Shown here one piece after another: positions 62,190 to 64,000 of a stretch of 64,000 nt of DNA. Both the position numbers and the translations under genes were made by a program. Below the pieces are notes generated by a model. It saw only the letters and a list, made by a program, of their open reading frames with translations. It made no database searches and was not told where the DNA came from. How positions within the stretch are numbered: the first letter of the stretch is position 1; every line of letters begins with the position of its first letter. Source of the stretch: Candidatus Parcubacteria bacterium. Its GTDB lineage: Bacteria > Patescibacteriota > Minisyncoccia > UBA6257 > HR35. Where the stretch lies: positions 144,582 through 208,581 of the forward strand of contig BPJG01000001.1 of NCBI GenBank assembly GCA_026004495.1, in the 5' to 3' direction.

Positions 62190-64000
62190 TCAGGGAGTTA
62201 AAATTAGAGGATTATAATCATTATATAAAATTATGCCTGATTTAGCCGGAATAGTAATCGTGGCATTGGTTGATGATGCTGTATAAGTATTACCACTAAA
62301 GTATTCTCTATAAAAATTAAAGGGTTCCTCTTCCCAATTTATTATATAACTAAATGGAGTATTAGGAGAAGAATTAAAAATAATCTTACCTCTTTCATAT
62401 TTTCTTTCATATACATACCAACCATCGGAATTTGTAGCAATAATCATTTGATTGATATTATTTACATTTAATGGATTGCCAAGATTAATAAACATCGAAT
62501 CTGGATAGCATTGAGGTACGCCATATTTATTTGCATCATAGCCATCGATTGTTCCTGCTGGTACTAAAGATACATAAACATTAGGATTATTCACTAAATA
62601 GAATGATGAAACAATAGATCTAATAATTGGTTGAGTATCAGTACAATTTCTTGCTGGACCGCTCGAAGTACCACCAATATTATAATGAGGATAACCTGCT
62701 ACTAAAAATATTAAACCCAATTTTTGATTTTCAACAACGTTTCTAAAGAGAGAATGCAAACTACTTGAATTACCTGGATAATTGAAATATTCAGGATTAT
62801 ATAACCAACCTTCATTCATATAACCTCCCAGATTAAATTTTAAATATGGACTACTAGGACTTAGTGAACCATAGCCAACATTTACAAAATAATTTTTAAG
62901 AGGATATAAATTTGTTGCTATATTTTTAAAATAATTATAGAGATTAATTGATTTTAAATCAGAACGTGCGCTTCCTTGAGAGCCAAAATTATCTATAAAT
63001 AAAAAATCTGGATATAAATAAGAAGTAACGCCAAAAGATATACTAAATCTATAAAAGAATTTTTTAATAAGATCTTGAAAGTTATCTTTATAATGAGTAA
63101 CGGAAACCACATAATTAGTACCACCATAAGGATAATCATAATAATTAACTAAACTATCTCTTAACGATAAATAGTCAGGATTTTTCGAATTTGGATGTAT
63201 TCTATAAGTTATATGATCCAGATGTACATTAGTATTAGTAGCAATCTGAATATCATCAAATAAATTAATTATCTCAGCAATGCCTTGAGGTGCTCTATAT
63301 TTATCAAAAGTACTTGAATTATATTTACGATATCTATGAAATGTTGAGGGTGAAATATAAAAAGAGTATTTAAAATTAACAGGATTAATTTCTTTAATTG
63401 TTAGATAAGTATGCCTGTAGCTATTAGTAAGCTTAATATTATCTTTATAAAATTTTATAAAATCATAATCCCCTACTAACCCCCAATCTGGAACATAGGT
63501 AAAAACTTCAGCAAAATTTAATGACGAAGATCTTTGAAGTGGTAGTTCTACACAATCATTATTTCTTAAGGCATAAATTTCTAAATCATCTAACCATAAT
63601 TTTAATTTTTTAAGCGAACTATTGTTGCTAATGATGAATTGAAATTCTATAACTAATCTTTCTAAATATCTAACATCATTGTGGATTTCATATCCGTAAG
63701 GAATGCTACCTGTTATTATTTCAATATTAGTGAAAGATCCTCTAGTCGTAGTTGGTATATAGTAATTAATAATATCTCTACTTATTGTTGTTTGACCACT
63801 ACTAGTATTAATAGCCCATCTTCCGTAAACTCTTAATTTTACATCAATATTTTGAATTTCATCAAATCTATAATTTAGTTTAATTTTTAATTGATCACCA
63901 CTCTTAATATAATAATCTCTGGTTTCAGTAGTTATCCTATCAGGAGAAAGCCAAATTGAATTATATAAAACATAATTAGTAAAGGTTGAAGTTGTTTCAG
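62190..64000 (-). CDS. large secreted protein, paralog of 2182..4284; N-terminus lies beyond the window end
   Basis: My own translation of the minus strand shows the frame is open from 63110 all the way to nt 64000 (…KSGDQLKIKLNYRFDE…GGTNY-VSVTHYKDNF…). The ORF track starts at an internal GTG. Collinear similarity to the 700-aa protein at the start of the window. Confidence 0.6.
   Translation of the reverse strand, partial: ETTSTFTNYVLYNSIWLSPDRITTETRDYYIKSGDQLKIKLNYRFDEIQNIDVKLRVYGRWAINTSSGQTTISRDIINYYIPTTTRGSFTNIEIITGSIPYGYEIHNDVRYLERLVIEFQFIISNNSSLKKLKLWLDDLEIYALRNNDCVELPLQRSSSLNFAEVFTYVPDWGLVGDYDFIKFYKDNIKLTNSYRHTYLTIKEINPVNFKYSFYISPSTFHRYRKYNSSTFDKYRAPQGIAEIINLFDDIQIATNTNVHLDHITYRIHPNSKNPDYLSLRDSLVNYYDYPYGGTNYVVSVTHYKDNFQDLIKKFFYRFSISFGVTSYLYPDFLFIDNFGSQGSARSDLKSINLYNYFKNIATNLYPLKNYFVNVGYGSLSPSSPYLKFNLGGYMNEGWLYNPEYFNYPGNSSSLHSLFRNVVENQKLGLIFLVAGYPHYNIGGTSSGPARNCTDTQPIIRSIVSSFYLVNNPNVYVSLVPAGTIDGYDANKYGVPQCYPDSMFINLGNPLNVNNINQMIIATNSDGWYVYERKYERGKIIFNSSPNTPFSYIINWEEEPFNFYREYFSGNTYTASSTNATITIPAKSGIILYNDYNPLILTP

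Overview
The window is AT-rich (roughly 25-30% GC), gene-dense and reads with the standard bacterial code: TGA acts as a stop, and long ORFs stay intact. The gene content fits a small-genome, Gram-positive-type bacterium, possibly of the Candidate Phyla Radiation (Parcubacteria-like); the lineage assignment is inference.

Housekeeping content:
- The 3' end of recG, pcm, and gatC.
- A prfB-ftsE-ftsX operon; prfB carries the classic programmed +1 frameshift.
- Four tRNAs (Trp, Leu-GAG, Arg-TCG, Val-GAC).
- folD, a P-type ATPase, rtcB, a NUDIX hydrolase, and glyA.
- A complete F1Fo ATP synthase operon (atpBEFHAGDC, minus strand).
- A GGDEF protein, a MOFRL-family glycerate kinase, rpe, a receiver-domain protein, a lytic transglycosylase, rplY, and a PfkB-family kinase.
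- The cell-wall genes dacA, mraY and murA.
- A heat-shock cluster: hsp20, hrcA, grpE, dnaK, dnaJ.
- nrdJ (B12-dependent ribonucleotide reductase) beside a PduO-type corrinoid adenosyltransferase.
- A GT2 glycosyltransferase.

The most unusual region is a cell-surface locus at about 33.1-43.6 kb:
- A 1312-aa S/T-rich giant protein carries a near-perfect 1647-bp internal tandem duplication. It ends in a beta-sandwich domain resembling SCPU/CsuA-B pilin-like domains.
- A stand-alone paralog of that C-terminal domain follows, then a membrane-anchored beta-sandwich protein.
- A clear dockerin protein and two cohesin-like membrane-anchored proteins are present; one of the cohesin-like genes lies 11 kb away.
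- Two small cassette-like genes are interleaved, each bracketed by its own family of inverted repeats: a four-helix-bundle protein of the 23S-IVS/Avd family, truncated by an in-frame stop, and a GxxExxY PD-(D/E)XK-like protein.

Other points:
- Short palindromic repeat elements appear inserted in-frame in three unrelated genes.
- A DUF2339-like membrane gene is split into three pieces, and a repeat-protein gene is split by a TGA.
- An isolated 85-nt GC-rich structured island lies upstream of dacA.
- I found no CRISPR array, no reverse transcriptase, and no integrase or transposase.
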